From the human T2T-CHM13v2.0 reference genome, Homo sapiens, in assembly GCF_009914755.1 (NCBI RefSeq), contig NC_060940.1: a DNA stretch of 64,000 bases; one strand, 5' to 3'. Made by a program: the position numbers and the translations under genes. Of this stretch, positions 58,767 through 64,000 are shown one piece after another. Under the pieces are notes generated by a model. It saw nothing but the letters and a program-made list of their open reading frames with translations. It was not told where the DNA came from and ran no database searches. Position 1 is the stretch's first letter. The number at the start of each line of letters is the position of its first letter.

Positions 58767-59105
58767 TAGTGGCCAGCTCCCAGCTGCAGACGTCAGAACA
58801 AGCCTAGCTGAAATCCTGTGAGCATAGCCCAGATAATATAACCTGCACTTGGCACAGTTCAGCAAAACTTCCCAGCCAACCCACAGACTCATAAGATAAA
58901 TAAATGGCTATTGTTTACAGTCACTAAGTTTTCAGACTGTATGTTATACAGCGTCTTAGAGATTTGGCAACCAAGCAAAATGATGGAACATCTCTTGGGT
59001 AATGTAAAAATTTCCTGGATGATCGTTCACCCTAGAAGGATGCTTTACATGTACTTTTGCATTGAAAACTTCCCTATTGAAACAACTCCATTTTCTGTAT
59101 ATCCA

Positions 59106-59209
59106 GTTGCTATAGCAACCTGATACTTTTGTTCTCTGCTCTGGTCTTCCTGATCATATCACTTTGCAGTTAGTCAACACGTTGTTGGAACCTTGGTTGT
59201 TATGGTAAC
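59106..59209. promoter_or_regulatory. Two RFX X-box motifs
   Basis: GTTGCTATAGCAAC (59106-59119, perfect palindrome) and GTTGTTATGGTAAC (59196-59209). Confidence 0.5.
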
Positions 59210-60091
59210 CTGGGACCATTTTTTAAAAAAGGCATTCCATTGACATTGTTTTTGAGGAGACCTGCGATTTAGTCTCCTACTCATCTGGAGAAACTTGTGG
59301 TACAGAGCAGAAAGCATTTCAGGAAATGCTCCTCTGGGGAGACATTCTTCATTAAAGCCTCCTTCCAGAAACCTCAGACATTCTGTGCTTTTATGAATTT
59401 TTCCTATTTAAATGCCTCTCAGAATTTTGGTGAATTGCAAAGTGTGTTTTAAAAAGTCCTAAAAGAGGCTGAATTGCTAATAGAAAACATGTGTAGCTGA
59501 ATTGTCATTAATTATGCATGAAGCCCTATAGGCGTCCCTACACGAGCTCCACAAACCCTGGAGATGCAATTCTTTGTGATGCGAGGAGGGAGCACATAAA
59601 ACAGAACCCACTATGAAAACATCCTTGAGAGGAGGTGAGGGGTGAGGGAGAACGGGGTCAGGTTTGGAGGATGATGGGGAAGCGGCTGTAGAAATTAGGA
59701 GTCCGTGGGTGCGGGGTTGTGGTGAAAAGTGCTGTTTTAGGACTGAAGAAGGAGGACAGGAAGCAAGGGGTTGAGGAATCTAAGTCCAAGGCAGACTCTA
59801 GAGGGAAAAGGAAGTATTTCAGTGCTTCAAGACATCTCAATTTTTGAGAAGCTCAGGGCACTTGCATTTTCTGAGGCTTTGGTTATATTAAAAAATCATG
59901 ACATGCCAAAACAAGGTTATAAATGGTGGCATCTGTCCACTGCTTACATTTAGTGCTTTTACTAATAAAAATGTGATGCAATAGAGTCGCACTGTTTACA
60001 TGATGATTAGAAGATTTATTTTAAAATACATGCATTAGTCACACACCAAAGGTCGGTTGCAGGACTCAAGTGTGAGGCTGTAGGAATACAC

Positions 60092-60224
60092 CAGGGCTGG
60101 AACCATAATGAGGAAAGTGAAGTGCCTAGGGTATAACATTGAAGGGAGCGCTCACTCTCAGGATCAGACTTGTTTCAATTTTGTAACCTAGGTGCTTCAC
60201 TTGCCTCACCCTAGGCCCTCCCCT
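60092..60224. mobile_element. MER96-like hAT MITE
   Basis: Inverted arms TGAGGAAAGTGAAGTGCCTAGG / CCTAGGTGCTTCACTTGCCTCA; CAGGG..CCCTG ends. Confidence 0.7.
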
Positions 60225-61739
60225 GGAATGCACCTTTTCTTCTACCTGTCATGTTAGCATATAACTAAGTGCATCATCGCATTTGGAACACTCACGAGGG
60301 GTCTCAAATTGGAGCCAACTGGAAGCATATGACTTGGGCCAAATGACTCTCCCATCTTCTCCTCCGATGGGCCCTTCACATCTATGAAGTAGCCTTTCCC
60401 TATCTTTGGATTTTGATGCAGCTGAAGGAAGGATCATTACACATGAAGGGGAGAATAGTTTGAGAAAGTCAGCAGAGAGTCATGTGAAACTTCGGCACCA
60501 GGAGGCTTGGGTTCTGGGTCCATAAGGGGCCACTTACTTGTTGTGTGGCCTTCAGCAAATGCCTTTCCTTTCTGGGCCTCTGTGTTCTCTGCTCTCAGAA
60601 AACATTTGAATGAACTATTTGTTAGGCTTATTCTGATTCAGACTCCGTAGGATTCTAGATGAGGGGGTCTTATCTTTTAGGAGAGCAAGCCAATCTAGAA
60701 GAGGGATGTTCCGTCTTCTACCTGCTGTCTGGAATTGTGTACTCTGGCTGATGAGCTGGTGATAGCTTTGGTGTGGGACACGGAGCATCAGAATTGGTAC
60801 CCAGCATCAGACCAGGAATCTCTAGAGCCCTGTAATTGGCAGGGATATATGCATGGTGGTGGTCTCAGTCTTAGAAAGTTAAGATGGTGCCTAAAACAGG
60901 ATAACATCCCATTTTTATACATGATAGTCAGTATAGTGCAGTGGCTAAAGGTGTGTTTTTGCACCCAAGACAACTCTTTAGAAATATTTTTCTTCAGTAT
61001 TTTAGGTTGTCTTTAGATGGACAATCAGTTTTTATATTTCTTATTTTGTGGTTATCACACTTTAAAATCTTTGAGTTATTTTTTGTGTACAATGTGTATT
61101 TTATGATAAGATCCTAGAATAGTAATGTAACACTAGTGCTTTGTCCTGTAACTTTTCCATGAAAACAAGACATTTAGTTTGAAGAAAATCAGAAAAATTT
61201 AGAAAACTCTTATTGTCTAGTTACTAAGAGACACTTTCAAGATCATTGAGTTTGGTGATTCTGACGACTTGTTCATGTTGAGCCAAAAGTTGTTCATTGT
61301 AGTAGAAAAGTAAATCTCTACAAAAAATAAATCTGCTTAAGTAAAGCATCCTTTAAAAAGAGAAAAGAGCCTGTTTATGAAATGGAGCAAAACATGATGA
61401 ATTATCTAATGAGCTTAAATGAGTTAATACATGCCAAGACTTAGAACAGTGTCTAGCACATAGTAAACAGCATTACCATTCTTACTATTTTTCAGTTTCT
61501 TTAATCAACAAACATTTATTGAGCACTTCCTCTGTGTCTGACAATGTGCTGAGCATGTTAGATGCACCATTTTATGCCAATTTCACAGCAGCCTTTAGAA
61601 AGAATGCAGCCCCCTCTTACAGGGACATTGGATACTAGTGTCAATGATGAGGTTGAAATTTGTGTAGTCAGAATTACTCTTGAAAACTTTTTCAGATTAG
61701 GCAAATTTGGAGATCTATCATGCTTCAAGAGTTCAGATC

Positions 61740-62075
<336 letters not shown>

Positions 62076-63288
62076 TAAAGCATCACACGCACTGTAGGTA
62101 TCATTACATTTGTTTGCTATTCTGTCAAAGAGATAGTACAGTATTGGGGATATGGTACCAAATATCCTGGGTTTGAATTTGGTTTCTGACAGTTGCTACC
62201 TGTGTCACTTTTGGGTGGATGCCTTATTGCTTCTAGCTTCTGAGTATCTAGTTTTCTCTACCTCTCGGGTTACCACAGGACTGAATAAGACAAAGTGTAA
62301 TTATTTATGTTGTAAACTCCAATGTACTACTTGAATATTACTATAAAATTATAGCAATTGGTAGAGAAGCCCGTGTTTGTACCATCAAGACCTTGCATTA
62401 TTTTCCCAGGTTTGATTATTCTTACCGAATGTGTTGGTAATCCCCCTCAGCCTTCCGGTTTCCGAACAAAAAGCCTTCCACTTACATGAAGGAGCATTTC
62501 CAAGCGGCTCCCTCCGTGCCCCACATCATTATACTCAGGACCCTCTGAGGGCAGGAAACCTGTAGCTTCCCTGCAGCTTTCAGTAGTGTTTCCCTTTTAT
62601 CTTCCAAAATGAAAATTCTTCTCTAAATCTCACATCAGGTACAGTTGTCTGGCTAAACCATTCACAAACAATTTTTTTTTCTGTTTCTTACGGCTGGAAA
62701 AGCTTAATATGTTTCCAGCCATCTTTGCAAACTAGGCAGGGACCTTGTGGCATGTTCCGGATGTTGAGAGGTAAGCATACATTTATTGGGGGCTGGGAAT
62801 GCTTTTGACTTCTTGATAAAGAGATGTGAAGGGCCAATGCCACTTCCATCTATCCATCCTTCTTCCTGTTCGAATGTCGCTGTGATGTCTGGAGCTGGAG
62901 CATCCATCTGGCAGTGAGTGATAGGTACCAAAGACAAAAGCCAACATACTACAAATGATGGAGTGGGAAAGAGAAAGGGCTGGTTCCCTATAATACATTG
63001 TTTATTTGCTGAATATTTTCCTATCATTCTGAATATACACATTTTTTTTTTATGTTTGGCATCCATTCAAACAAAGTCTTATCTCTCAGGCTCGACACAC
63101 AATGCAATGTATTACCTGGCCACTCTGACTTTCTAATTTTATCTCCTGCCTGCTTTCCTGTAACTACCATGTTCTCTATATATGTGAATGCACATGCCCC
63201 GACTCTGAGCTTCAAGCAAGCTTTTCACTTTGGGGGGTGCCTGTCCCTGTTTTCTTTGTCTGACTAACTTTAACTTAAAACTCACACC

Positions 63289-63581
<293 letters not shown>

Positions 63582-64000
63582 TCACACCATGTGTCATTAA
63601 GTTGAGAAAACTCTTCCAGACCAACCCTTTTCCTGAGTCTCTCCTGCAATATGGGCTAGCCAACCTCCTGGGTGGTTGCAAAGCACCTGTTCATATCTCC
63701 CATAGTACTCAGAGCACTCTATGACCATCATTAACAAGTCTCTCCCTCTTATTAGGTAGTAATTACCCGAGAACAGGGGCAATGCTGTATTTCTAGCACT
63801 CAACTTGGAGCCGATCCAATAATCAATGCTCAAGAAAGGTTTGTTGAAATGATGAATGAATAACAGAGTATTTTCCATTGGAATTTGTTATTTCTACTTA
63901 TGGATCTAACAGGAGCCATGCATACCTCATTGCAGGATGTGGTCTTTTGCAGTTTTCTACAAATAGTGTGTAGACTTTGGGGAACATGGCAGTAAACTGG

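Noticed and set aside
58156-58767. 203-aa L1 ORF2 fragment as an active gene
   Set aside because: 5'-truncated insertion lacking the promoter, ORF1, endonuclease and reverse transcriptase.

Overview
Human/primate non-coding DNA that is roughly half interspersed repeats (about 30 Alu elements, plus L1, L2, MIR, LTR and DNA-transposon relics), with no spliced coding exon visible. Four landmarks stand out: a Made1 hairpin carrying the miR-548w sequence (13631-13704), a 3'-truncated 5S rRNA retrocopy, a full-length HMGN2 retrocopy with an intact ORF, and a decayed HSPE1 retrocopy. From memory this combination matches the large intron of HS3ST4 on human 16p12.1; I could not verify that by alignment. 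I found no evidence of a new multi-gene system. The best regulatory leads are a pair of RFX X-boxes in unique DNA and a perfect CpG-retaining 14-bp VNTR that multiplies an ETS-type site. The best structural leads are a ~700-bp local templated duplication inside an old LTR end, a 5'-inverted Alu, and a serial template-switch scar in the HSPE1 copy. The coding-competent HMGN2 retrocopy is also worth testing. Repeat subfamily names and boundaries were assigned by eye and are approximate.
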